Source of the DNA: Azolla caroliniana
Lineage: Eukaryota > Plantae > Polypodiophyta
Assembly: GCA_043228905.1 (NCBI GenBank)
Contig: JBHGNT010000014.1
Span: 8,866,001 to 8,930,000, forward strand
Length of the DNA stretch: 64,000 nt
Direction of reading: 5' to 3'
In this document: positions 24,534 to 35,979 of the stretch, one piece after another
Numbering within the stretch: position 1 is the first letter of the stretch
How the letters are laid out: every line of letters starts with the position of its first letter
The notes under the pieces: generated by a model
The model's database searches: none
Told to the model about the DNA's origin: nothing
What the model saw: only the letters and a program-made list of their open reading frames with translations
Translations under genes and position numbers: made by a program

Positions 24534-27500
24534 TCACTTCGGCATGGGATGTCTCTCCAACCCGATCCTCTTCCGACATGCTTCCAGCTTGTCGGGTGTG
24601 AGCACCTTGGTCAGCATATCCGACCCGTTCTCGTCCGTGTGGATCTTCGTCAGCACGAACTCCTTGTCTTCTATCCTTTCCCGGATCCAGTGGTATCTAC
24701 GCTGGATGTGTTTCGTCCGTGAATGGTAGGCCGCGTTCTTCGCAAGGTGGATGGCACTCTGACTGTCGCAGTAGAGTCGGTACTCCTCCTGCCGGATACC
24801 GAGCTCTCTAATGAAGTCCTTCATCCATATTATTTCCTTGCCGGCTTCAACAGCCGCCATGTACTCCGCCTCCGTGGTTGACAATGCAACCGTCTTCTGC
24901 AGCCTCGACTGCCACGAAACAGCTCCCCCTGCATACGTCATCACATACCCTGATGTGGACCGGCTGGTATCTGCATCAGCCGACATATCCGAGTCGGTAA
25001 AGCCGTCGAGTTCGGGCTTACCGGAGCCGAATCGGATGCACACGTTTGCCGTGCCCTTCAGGTATCGAAGTATCCACTTGACCGCGTTCCAGTGTTCTTT
25101 GCCGGGATTGCTCATGTACCGGCTCACCACTCCAACTGCATATCCTATGTCCGGTCTTGTACACACCATTGCGTACATCAAGCTTCCGACGGCAGAGGCA
25201 TATGGTACTTTCATCATGTCCTCCTTCTCAGCCTTTGTCTTGGGACTTTGCTTGCTAGACAGCTTGCAGTTTGCCGGGAGGGTTGACCCGACCGGTCTTG
25301 CTTCCGACATGTTGAACCGTTGAAGCACCTTTGTCACGTACTTCTCCTGTGACAGCCACAACTGCTTCTTCTTCCGGTCGCGGATGATGTGCATCCCTAG
25401 TATTTGCCTCGCCGGACCCAGGTCCTTCATTGAGAAGGTTCGGTGAAGAGCCTTCTTCAGCATCCGTATCTTGACCTGGTCCCGTCCGACGATCAACATG
25501 TCGTCCACGTACAGGAGGAGTATCAGAGAGTCTCCTCCTTCGAACTTCTTCACAAACGCGCAGTGATCAGACTGCGTTTTGTGGTACCCTTCGTCGGTCA
25601 TGAAGGAGTCGAACTTCCGGTACCATTGCCGGGGAGCCTGTTTCAGTCCGTAAAGGCTCTTCTTCAACCGGCATACCAGGTGCTCCTTCCCTTTCTTCTC
25701 GAATCCTTCTGGTTGCTGCATGTAGATCTCTTCTTCGAGGTCACCGTGAAGGAATGCCGTCTTCACGTCCATCTGTTCTACCTCGAGGTCCATGCTTGCC
25801 GCTATGCTCAGCACCGTCCGGATGGAGGTCATCTTCACTACCGGGGCAAATATCTCGTCGAAGTCGACGCCCTTCTTCTGCTGGAACCCCTTCACCACGA
25901 TCCTGGCTTTGTATCTCGGGGGGTTTCCGGCATCTCCCGGTTTCAGCTTGAACACCCACTTGTTACGGAGTGCCCGTTTTCCTTTCGGCAGCTCCACAAG
26001 TTCATATGTGTGGTTCTCATGCAGGGAATCCATCTCGTCCTGCATGGCACTCAACCACCTGCGGCTCTGGGTGTCATGCTTTGCTTCTTCAAAGCTCTCC
26101 GGCTCCCCCTCGTCGGTTAACAGCACGTGCTCTGGTTCCGGAAATCTCCGGGGGGCCCTTCTCTCCCTTAGAGGATATCTCCGTTCCGGAGCTTCGGAAA
26201 CCGGTTCTTCCGATTCTTCTTCATCCGAATCCATTTCGGGATCGGGGCCGGTTCCGGTATCATTTTCATCTTCTTCGGCCGGTTCTGTTTCTTCACCGTC
26301 TTCGGCCGGATCCTCGAGTGCTAACCGGTCCCTTACCGGTCGGGACTGCTCCTCGTAGAGTTTATCCTCACCGGTCGACTTGGAGCTCTTCATCTTCTTC
26401 TCCGACTCCCAGTCGGCGAGTGTCTTGTCCTCCATGAAGATGATATCTCGACTCCTGAATATCTTCTTGTCGACCGGGTCCCATACTCGGTAGCCGAACT
26501 CGTCGTCGCCGTAACCGAGGAATATGCATGGCCGGGTCTTTGGATCTAACTTTCCTCTCCGGTCCTTTGCCACATGCACGTAGGCGAGACACCCGAACAC
26601 CTTCAGATGCCGGTAGGACACTTCCTTACCAGTCCACACTTTCTGCGGCGTGTCTCCGTCCAAAGGCACTGAGGGTGATCTGTTTATCACGTATGTCGAC
26701 GTCGACATTGCCTCAGCCCAAAACCCCTTGGGTAATTTCGCATGCGCCAGCATACTCCGGACCCTCTCCATTATGGTCCGGTTCATCCTCTCGGCCAGCC
26801 CGTTCAGTTCCGGCGTCTTCGGCACAGTAAACTCGAGCCGGATTCCCTTCGAGCGACAGTACTCCTGGAACTGCCCCCGGTATTCCCCTCCGTTATCCGC
26901 TCGTATCGCTTTCAGCTTCTTGCCGGATTCCCTTTCCACTCTCGCGTGGAGTTCTTTGAAGACGGACAATACTTGGTCCTTTGTCTTCAACGGTGCTGTC
27001 CACAGCTTCCGGCTGTGATCATCAATGAAAGTCACGAAGTACTGGGCTCCGCCGTGTGACTTCGTATCTACCTGACACACATCAGTGTGCACCAGCTCCA
27101 GTGGTGCGCTACGTCTCGTCGGGGGCCTCGAGTGGAAGGAGGTCCGGTTTTGCTTACCGGCCAGGCAGTCGGTGCACTTCTCCAGGTGCACATGCTTAAC
27201 TGGAATAAGATTGTCTTCTGCAAGCCTCTTCATCCCCTTCTCACTCATGTGGCACAGTCTCTTGTGCCACAGCTCACCGGCAGTGTCGGCTGCCACGTTC
27301 AGCTCTTCCGCACATAACCGGGCATTCATCAGGTACAGTGTGTTGTCTTTCCGGGCGCGAGCCACTATCAGGCTCCCTTTGCTGAACTTCATTATGCCGT
27401 TCCGGATGCGACCTGTGTAGCCTTCATCATCTAGCCTCCCGGCCGAAATCAGGTTCAATCGAACCTCCGGAACGTGTCGGACATTCTTCAGCAGCATCTT

Positions 27501-28607
27501 GCATCCGGTTGATGTCATCAGCCACACGTCTCCTATGCCGGCAATCCGGCATGTCCCTTCATTTCCCATCCGGACACAGCCGTGCTCACCGGCTGTGTAG
27601 GATGAGAAGTATTTCTTCTCCGGGGTCAGGTGGAACGACGCTCCGGAGTCGACCACCCAGGTCATCTCTACACCGGCAATGTTCAGCTCCCTCTCTTCGG
27701 TAATGAGCATGATCTCTTCTTCACTTGCCGCGAGTGCCGTCGTTCCTTTCCGGTCCTGCCCTCGCCGATCCGGAGCTCTCCGGTCCGTGGCTCCCCGGTA
27801 TGCACCGTTTCTCTCCGGTGACTTCTTCGAATCGGTGTCGTCGGCTCCGTTGTCCTTTCGGTAATGCCGACAATTCTTCCGGAAGTGCCCCGGCTTCCCA
27901 CAGTGGAAGCATGTGGGCCTTCCTCTTGACTGCGACCGGGTCCCCGACTTCTCCCGTCTTTGCGGACTCCGGTTCCATTGTCTTCCCCGTTCCGATTCGG
28001 TAAGCAGCGCCTTCGAGTCGGAGGCCGGTTCTTTATCTCTCCGACGCGCTTCTTCATTTAGAATACTTGTCTTTACCGTTTGTAGGGACAAGTTATCTTC
28101 GGTGCAGGAGGTGCTGAGAGTCACCACCAAGTTCTCCCAGCTGTCCGGCAATGTACACATCAGGATGATGGCTTGCATTGCATCCTCCAACGGGAACTTG
28201 ATCGCCGCAAGCTGGTTCACGAATCCCATGAACGTGCTTACGTGTTCCACCATACTCTCGCCGTCCCGGTACTTGAGGTTCACTATCTTTCTCATCAGGG
28301 AGGTCCGGTTCAACGCATTCTTCCTCTCGTAGAGGCCCGACAGCTTCCGCCACATCTCGTATGCATTGGTGTCGTTCGCCACATGCTGTAGAACGCTCAC
28401 ATCGACGTATTGCCGAATGGTTGCAACGGCTTTCCGGTTCAGGAGCCTCCATTCCGTCTCAAGTACCCCCTTCGGTATTTCCGACCTGTCAATCGGTTCG
28501 TACAGGTCCCGAACAATCAAAAGATCCTCCATCTTGATCTTCCAGTCGGCGTAGTGCTGCGCGTTCAACACCATCATGCCCGGAGGCCCACTACCGCCGC
28601 CTTCCAT
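24534..28607 (-). CDS. Gag-Pol polyprotein of copia element E (1357 aa from MEGGGSG)
   Basis: Uninterrupted ORF with CFHCGKPGHFRKNC knuckle, WVVDSGAS protease, HHCC and D,D35E integrase (ELVHTDVC, DNGGEY, ERMNRT), RT YVDD, and RNase H (GFTDSD, TEAEY, CDSQSA). Confidence 0.97.
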   Translation of the reverse strand: MEGGGSGPPGMMVLNAQHYADWKIKMEDLLIVRDLYEPIDRSEIPKGVLETEWRLLNRKAVATIRQYVDVSVLQHVANDTNAYEMWRKLSGLYERKNALNRTSLMRKIVNLKYRDGESMVEHVSTFMGFVNQLAAIKFPLEDAMQAIILMCTLPDSWENLVVTLSTSCTEDNLSLQTVKTSILNEEARRRDKEPASDSKALLTESERGRQWNRSPQRREKSGTRSQSRGRPTCFHCGKPGHFRKNCRHYRKDNGADDTDSKKSPERNGAYRGATDRRAPDRRGQDRKGTTALAASEEEIMLITEERELNIAGVEMTWVVDSGASFHLTPEKKYFSSYTAGEHGCVRMGNEGTCRIAGIGDVWLMTSTGCKMLLKNVRHVPEVRLNLISAGRLDDEGYTGRIRNGIMKFSKGSLIVARARKDNTLYLMNARLCAEELNVAADTAGELWHKRLCHMSEKGMKRLAEDNLIPVKHVHLEKCTDCLAGKQNRTSFHSRPPTRRSAPLELVHTDVCQVDTKSHGGAQYFVTFIDDHSRKLWTAPLKTKDQVLSVFKELHARVERESGKKLKAIRADNGGEYRGQFQEYCRSKGIRLEFTVPKTPELNGLAERMNRTIMERVRSMLAHAKLPKGFWAEAMSTSTYVINRSPSVPLDGDTPQKVWTGKEVSYRHLKVFGCLAYVHVAKDRRGKLDPKTRPCIFLGYGDDEFGYRVWDPVDKKIFRSRDIIFMEDKTLADWESEKKMKSSKSTGEDKLYEEQSRPVRDRLALEDPAEDGEETEPAEEDENDTGTGPDPEMDSDEEESEEPVSEAPERRYPLRERRAPRRFPEPEHVLLTDEGEPESFEEAKHDTQSRRWLSAMQDEMDSLHENHTYELVELPKGKRALRNKWVFKLKPGDAGNPPRYKARIVVKGFQQKKGVDFDEIFAPVVKMTSIRTVLSIAASMDLEVEQMDVKTAFLHGDLEEEIYMQQPEGFEKKGKEHLVCRLKKSLYGLKQAPRQWYRKFDSFMTDEGYHKTQSDHCAFVKKFEGGDSLILLLYVDDMLIVGRDQVKIRMLKKALHRTFSMKDLGPARQILGMHIIRDRKKKQLWLSQEKYVTKVLQRFNMSEARPVGSTLPANCKLSSKQSPKTKAEKEDMMKVPYASAVGSLMYAMVCTRPDIGYAVGVVSRYMSNPGKEHWNAVKWILRYLKGTANVCIRFGSGKPELDGFTDSDMSADADTSRSTSGYVMTYAGGAVSWQSRLQKTVALSTTEAEYMAAVEAGKEIIWMKDFIRELGIRQEEYRLYCDSQSAIHLAKNAAYHSRTKHIQRRYHWIRERIEDKEFVLTKIHTDENGSDMLTKVLTPDKLEACRKRIGLERHPMPK

Positions 28608-31600
28608 TTTCTGTGTTGCCGTCGCTCTGATACCAGTTTGTTGAGAATCGACGCTCCGATTCACCTTCACCACTCGGCCACAACCGAGTAATCGCGGATC
28701 AATGCGGCAGAAAATAGGAACCAAACGGAGAAACAAAACGCGAGCACACAGGGATTAACGTGGAAAGCCCTAGATGGGAAAAACCACGGGAGTACAAGAC
28801 TCCAAACCAACACTGTACAAAGAGAAGTATACAATGGCGAGTTGCAAGGCGACAACCTTGAGCTCGCTGTCCTCGCCACAGGCGGCGGAAATACACAGAG
28901 GCGTCGACCTCTTCCTCTCTCTCTCTCGCGCGATCTATCTCTCTCTCACGGCTGCTCTCTCTCTTCACTCCTCTAGAGTGGAAAAACAGAAAAATGAATA
29001 GCAACAACATAAACTGTTTGCCCTAAGTCATATTTATACATATATGACTTTCGGGCTATTTACAAATATAGCCTCAAGGGCCCTTGGCAAACATATTCAC
29101 AAATATGTCCCCGCATCCGGATCTCTCTCCGGGTTCATACGTCATCCGGTTCCGTAACTGGGGTCTTCAGCATCCGGCTCCGTAACCGGGGTCTTCATCA
29201 TCCGGTTCCGTAACTGGGGTCTTCAGCATCCGGCTCCGTAACCGGGGTCTTCATCATCCGGCTCCGTAACCGGGGTCTTCATCATCCGGCTCCGTAACCA
29301 CCTCCGGGCTTGCCGTCATTCATCTCCGGACATCCCATCCGGAGGGACTGAAATCCTAACAGTTAGTACGCACAATCTGGCCGTATCGGTGCGTAAACTG
29401 AAAGGCCGTTAGAGGGATATTCCTCATACGGAATAATTTTGGGAGTGAGTGTCGAGGCTCATTTATGAGCAGTCAAGTACTGTCAGTATTTGTGTCAGCC
29501 CGATTGTCAGGGCTTGTAGATCCGGAAGATCAGGAGGAACCCCAAGTTGAGCTTGAGGAGGAGTGTTGAGTGACAAGCTCAACATTGGGTGCGTAATATG
29601 GCGCGTAACCCAGTGCGTAGACTAGATGCGTAAGTTAGTATGCACAATCAGGCCGTATTGGTGCGTAAACCGAAAGACCATTAGAGAGATATTCCTCGTA
29701 AGGAATAATTTTGGGAGTGAGTGTCGAGGCTCATTTATGAGCAATCAAGTACTGTCAGTACTTGTGTCAGCCTGATTGTCAGGGCTTGTATAAAAGGTGC
29801 TCACTGAGCACGGTGGATGTATAGAGAGTCATTATTTTGAAATTGAGTTTTTACGTTATCTACTCTCTCACTCTCTCACTCTCTGTATCTCCATCTCCAT
29901 CTCCATCTCTGTGTTTTCTGAGTTTACCGAATTGTCTTATTTCCGAACTGTGTACTCTGCGTTTACGCACACGCTTCCGCACAACGTATTCTTTTACATG
30001 GTATCAAAGCGCGAGGGTTGAAGTCCTCTGTAGCCGACAAGAAAAGCTTGCGACAAGAGTTGAAGTTATTCTTCATTCTTTTTTGAAAAAGAAAAAGACA
30101 GTAATATGGACAGAGGTATGGGAAGCTTGCTACCGACTGAAAAGTTTGACAGGAGAAACTACGCATCTTGGTCGTACAAGATGCACCAGTACCTTCTCGG
30201 TCACGGCTTCTGGAGTTATGTCGAAGGAGCTAATGATGGAGCACCCGATTCGACACACAAAGATTTTTCGGCTTGGGAACAAGCGGCAAGTAGAGTTCTG
30301 TACTACTTTGCATCCTTTGTGAATGATCAGATTTTGAGCTATATTCGGGATTTTGAGCGAATCTCAAAAGGATTTTTGCCGCTAGTACAACAACAAGAAA
30401 GTTGTAGCTCAGACAGGAGCTCAACAATGTCCGAAAAAGAGATATGTTGGTGGCTGATTATACCACCAAGATCAAAGAAATCTGCAACTCTCTCGCCTTC
30501 GTCAACGTGAACGTCGAGGAAGATGAAATTGTGCAGGTTTGTCTTGGTGGCTAGGCATCACATTTCGGACCTTTCCGAACGGCAGTCTGCACGAGGGAGA
30601 TTACGCCTTCGTTTTTCGAGCTTCCATCAATGTTGCTCGTAGAAGAAAACCACGCTTGTGCGTCGACGAGTGCGCACGACGATGGCAAGATGCTTTGCAC
30701 GGAGGATGATAGGCCCCGTGGTCGTGGTGGACGAAGTGGATCGGCGCGCAATGGAGGCGGCTGAAAAGAGCAGAATGTACGGCATAATCGAGATGCCGGA
30801 AGCAATTCCAAACCCTCTGCAAGCAGGGGGAGTCATGGCGGCGCCGGAAGACGGCAAGAGAAGACTGCGCCGGATTGTTGGTACTGTGGCAAGAAAGGCC
30901 ACAAGGAGAACGAGTGTTGGAAAAAGCGAGCCGATTCGGACAAAGCCGGATTGAGCCGAAGAGACGCAAAGAGGCGTCAGAGATCGCACTACGCAGAAGG
31001 CTCTAAACGAGCCGGAAACAAATTGGGCCCAGCCTTTGTAATGAAGCATAAGGCCAACTCTATGGCAGTGAACACCTCGAAATCAAGCGAGGTGTGGTAT
31101 GTTGATTCCGGAACGTCAAATCATATGACGAGTAACGAGGAATGGTTCTCGTACTTGGAGAAACCAGAATCACAAGGAGTGGTCGAAACGGGAGACAACA
31201 CTCCGCATACCATCGAACATGTCGGTGAAGTTCCCCTCAACCACGTCAGGCAGAAAGGGAAGCTTATGAATGTGCCGACTGAAGAACTTGGTGTTGGTCG
31301 GTCAGATCGTCGACTAAGGTATGCAAGTTCGATTCACGCACCTCGGCTGCTTAATAGAAGTGGAAGGCAAAGTAATCGCACAAGGGCGCCGTGAAGGGAG
31401 GATGTTCATCCTCGACAGTAATCAAGTCGGAACCGCGTTGTATGCGAAAGGACAAAAGGTCGAATCGGATATCGACCTGTGGCACAAGCGATTCGACCAT
31501 GTGAATTTCCCACGGCTTCGTGAAATCCAGACGAAGAACATTGTTTTCGGCTTGCCAAAATTTCGTAGCCGGAATGGCCAAGTTTGCTAGGCTTGTCAGA

Positions 31601-34600
31601 TGGCAAAACAACACCAACTTCCATTCCCCAATGAGCGTAATCGTAGTCGAAGTCCGCTGGATTTGATCCATTCGGATGTGTGGGGTCCGGCACAAAACGT
31701 GAGTCTCGGTGGAAGCCGTTACTTTGTAACCTTCATCGATGACTTCACTCGGTACACGTGGGCATGCATGATTGAGAAGAAGAGAGAAGTCTTCGCATGT
31801 TTCCTGAAGGTGAAGAGCCTTGCGGAAAGGGAAACGGGGCGTAAGATCAAATGCCTACGGTCCGATGGCGGGAAGGAGTACTTCTCCGACCAGTTCACTA
31901 GTTATCTACAGAAGGAGGGAATTCGACGCGAATTCTCATGTAGATATATGCCAGAGCAGAATGGCGTAGCCGAGTGGAAGAATCGGATGATTGAAGAAGC
32001 AACCAAGGCAATGCTTGAAGAGAAGCATATGTTGAAATTCTATTGGGCTGAACCGTGAAGATGGCTATCTACCTGTAGAATCAGACTTCTGCTAATAGAG
32101 GAGTGTCACCACATGAGCTGTATTTTGGGAAGAAGCAGAACTTGGCACACTTGAGGATTTTCGGCAACATCGCGTATGTGCACATGCCGAAGGAGAAAAG
32201 GAGGAAACTGGATGCTAAAGCCGAGAAATGTATCTTGGTCGGCTATTCAGATGAGCAGAAAGGGTATAAGTGTTATGACCATCGAACAAAGGAAGTACAC
32301 GTAAGCCACGACATCGTGTTCGACGATTCTGCTTCGTGGTAGTTTCCTTCACTTCCAATACCTCAAGACTCCATTCCGATTTCTGAAGAAGAGATCAGCG
32401 AGGCTGAAATGCCTCCGCATGATGAGGACATTGGAGCTCTGAGAGAGAGTCCAATCTCATTTCGGCTAAGCGGGCCGAATGAGGGGATGGGCCGAGATGA
32501 CCAACCAGATGATGAGATGGCGAGTAGTGGAGACTCGGCCATGCATTCCCCGTGTAGGAAGCCAAGGAGACGGCTTACGCGCAAGGAAAAAGGCAAGAAG
32601 AAAATGCCGGAATACAACTTCGGCAGCGCCGAGTTAGATTAGAGTGAGTCTGACTACGGAAAAACTGAAAAGGAACATCCACGGATGAGGTCGAATCTAG
32701 CCGAAAAGGTCGTGAAATCAGGTAATCACCAATTATGCCAATCTACCCACCTCAAGAACCCCGTAAGGAGATATGGGTATAATGAGTACATGGCGCACCA
32801 TTACGCGTACATGACACGAGTGTCTGAGGTGCGTGAGCCGGAGAGCTACGTAGAAGCGGGAAAAGACGCAAATTGGCGTGCCATAATGGAGGATGAGATG
32901 CGCGCCTTAACACAGAACAAGACATGGGACCTGGTTCACGCACTGAAGGGTGTGAAGCTGATCGGCTACTGGTGGGTGTATAAAGTGAAATACAACACGG
33001 ATGACTCCATCAACCGCTACAAGGCCCGTTTAGTAGCTAAAGGCTATGTGCAGAAGCACGGCGTGGACTATGATGAGACCTTCGCGCCTGTCGCGAAGAT
33101 GACTACCGTCCGTGTTTTGCTCGCGGTAGCTGCGGCAAAGGGGTGGCACTTACATCAAATGGATGTAAAGAACGCGTTCCTGCAAGGTGATCTTGAATAA
33201 CAAGTGTACATGGTACAACCCCCCGGATTTCTATCCGAACAAAACACCTCGGCAATTTGCCAATTGAAGAAATCCTTATACGGACTAAAGCAAGCCCCAC
33301 AAGCTTGGAACGCAAAGATTACACAATAGTTGCGTAGGATGGGGTTTGTGCCATCGAAATCAGACTCTTCTCTATTTGTTCGGCAAGGAAAATATGGACC
33401 GGTTAGCCTGCTCTTGTATGTTGATGATTTAGTCATCGCCGGTGCTGACCTTGACGAAATCCACCGCATGAAGTCTCAGCTTGCGGCATCGTTTGAAATG
33501 AAGGATCTCGGAGACCTTCATTACTTCCTCCTCTTCAAGTTCGGGATGGCAAATTGTAAGCCCATCTCGACCCCTCTGGACAGAAACATAAAGCTTCAGC
33601 AAGATTCGGGAAAGGCATGCGACCTAACACGGTTCTGATAGATTGTCGGCAACCTTATCTATCTGACGATTACTCGGACAGATCTTAGTGATCAGTCGGT
33701 CTAATCAGTCAATTCATGTCGCAGCCTACGGTAGAACAGTTTCAATGCACGCAACGGATACTGCATTATGTCAGCGGCACGAAAGACATGGCGTTGCTAT
33801 ATCGAGTAGGTGTAACTAACCAGTTAGTCGGTTACACTGATGCCGATTGGGCCAGAAACGCCCACGATCGTCGATCCACATCTGGATACACATTCTCATT
33901 AGGAATTGCGGCGATCGCGTGGAGCAACAAAAGCAGCTGACAATAGCACTATCGAGCATGGAGGCCGAATATCGAGGGGTGATTGTCGCTATGTGTGAAG
34001 TCATTTGGTTAAAACGGCTATTACGGGATCTGCATGTGGAGGTGTCTAATCTGACGACGATCTTTTGTGACAACCTCAATAGTATCCACTTGCGAAGAAC
34101 CCCGTGTTCCATGCCCGGATCAAGCACATCGAGGTGCATTACCATTTTGTCCGCGAGCGAGTCCTTTCAGGTGAAGTCGAATTGGTGCATGTTCCGACTG
34201 ATAGGGAATTTTCCCCGAACCGGATCGGGAACCATACGCCGTCCTCGTCTTCCTGATTGATCACCTACCTGATCCCGGTCGGGCTCATGTTCACCGTCAC
34301 ATAAATGGGGACTTCCTTGCCGTAAACCGCTTTCCGGAGAGCCAGTGCCGTGGTGAACGCCTCATTCAGTCTCCAGACCGACTCCGTGTGCTCCGTCCTC
34401 CATTCGAACCAGCGCCCTTTCTTTAATAACCTGCAAAGCGGCTCCGCGACATGCGCGTAGTGCGGAATCCAGATGTGATAGAACGCACATGTCTCCAGGA
34501 TCCTTCGGACCTCCGTGACCAACCCGCAATCATCCTTCATCGCGGAGATGGCCTCTACCTTCGCCGGGGACGGCTTCCGGCCATAAGGCCCACACAGGTG

Positions 34601-35823
34601 CTCGACTACCAGGATCTCCGGCTGTTTGAAGGCTGATTTTTCTCTGGAGAAGGTGAGCCGCGCACTCTCGAGTCTTTGTAGCACCTTCTCGCAGTCGCGG
34701 ATGTGATCCGTCACGAACCTTCGACAACCGTCGGGCCTGACCAACTCGTCCTTGTCCTCCACTGGACATCCTTTGATTGGGATGTCATCCAGAAATGGCA
34801 TGGTGATGTTTGGGATGTAGTCCCTCAACACCTTGTTCATCGCATTCACCATGTGCGCCACCGAGTTCGTTCCCCCTTGCGGTAGGGTACACATCCGAAC
34901 TAGGCCGAGAGGAGTCTACATCGTCGTGCCATCCCTACTATCTACGGCTAGTTGGAACTGATCGTACCCTGAGTATAGATTCCCGACCGAGTAGATTGAC
35001 CTCTCTGCAAAGGCCTCCGCGAACTCATCAATGGTCGGTCTGATACCTGCGTTTCGAATGGTCACCTTGTTGACCGGTTGCAAGTCCTGTATGAAGCGCA
35101 GTGTGCCGTTCTTCTTCGGCACGGTAAACCACCGATTCGAATATGGGGCACTCGACGGTTCGAGGATGCCCATCTCCACCTTCTGTTTCAGCAGCTCCAT
35201 TAGCTTCGGGATGTGAGCCGTGGGTACCGGAATCGGTTTGAGATTCCACGGCACATGCGGTACCGTGAAGATCACCATTGGTTCCACAACCGTCGGGTCT
35301 ATGCACCTGATCTCCTCCGGTGAGAATGTGAAAGCCTTCCCGTGCCTCCCGAGCATTCTCCGAAACCAGTCCTCTTCCGCTGGCAGTCGAAAGACACCCC
35401 CACCGATCTTGAGCTCCCGTAGCGTTATGTCGGTGAACGTGTGTCCTATGTTGGCCGGATCTCGTAAACTTGGGTCTGACGCAACCCCCTTTATCCGTAA
35501 CTTGCTGCCCTCCGGCAAGGGTGCCACGATTGGCCTCACCTTCCAGTCCACAGTCTTGTACTTCGTATCCACTCGGGCTGTCCGATCCGACTTGAGTCCA
35601 CTACCGGAGTTGGCGATGACTTCGTACATCCTTTCTGAACATACCGGAATTGTATGGTCCTCATTAAGGCCTTCTCCGAACACCGCCCGTAACTTCCCCA
35701 AGGTGTCGTCGAGAGAGACCGCCTCCACGGCTCCGTTGATTTCCTCTTCAGGGTCGAGGACTCCGCATGCCCGAAGTCGCTCCTCTGCCCGCTTCTTTTC
35801 CCGGCCAACTATGCCGGCTATCA

Positions 35824-35850
35824 TAAACCCTAAACCCTAAACCCTAAACC
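35824..35850 (-). repeat. Interstitial plant telomere repeat (TTTAGGG)~3.5
   Basis: taaaccctaaaccctaaaccctaaacc on the plus strand. Confidence 0.85.
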
Positions 35851-35913
35851 TCCACTATCGGAGAACCAAAATTTCCTACCTATGGTACATGTCTTTTTGC
35901 CTATAGTACATCT

Positions 35914-35979
35914 GTGGGGTTTTTCCTGGATTTCTGGACTATCGCAGCCCCACGCCTTGATAGCCCTCTCTAAAAATCC
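35914..35979 (-). promoter_or_regulatory. Putative -1 programmed ribosomal frameshift signal (slippery heptamer plus pseudoknot)
   Basis: G GAT TTT immediately before the gag-protease stop TAG, 6-nt spacer, stem GGGCTATC/GATAGTCC, and loop GTGGGG complementary to downstream CCCCAC. Confidence 0.65.

Larger units (their letters stand above)
23801..29361 (-). mobile_element. Intact young Ty1/copia element E (Tnt1/Tork-like); 723-bp LTRs at 28639-29361 and 23801-24523; TSD gttag
   Basis: The LTRs are nearly identical (2 differences seen by eye). gttag at 23796-23800 and 29362-29366; PBS tggtatcagagc (28624-28635); PPT gaagtgaagggggag (24526-24540). Confidence 0.98.

Noticed and set aside
24811-28691. 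Many plus-strand ORFs opposite the E polyprotein
   Set aside because: Antisense shadows of a GC-rich coding frame, with no independent motifs.
28608-28736. 43-aa N-terminal extension in the 1400-aa ORF call
   Set aside because: It starts at a non-ATG codon inside the LTR and crosses the PBS; the plausible start is the ATG at 28607.
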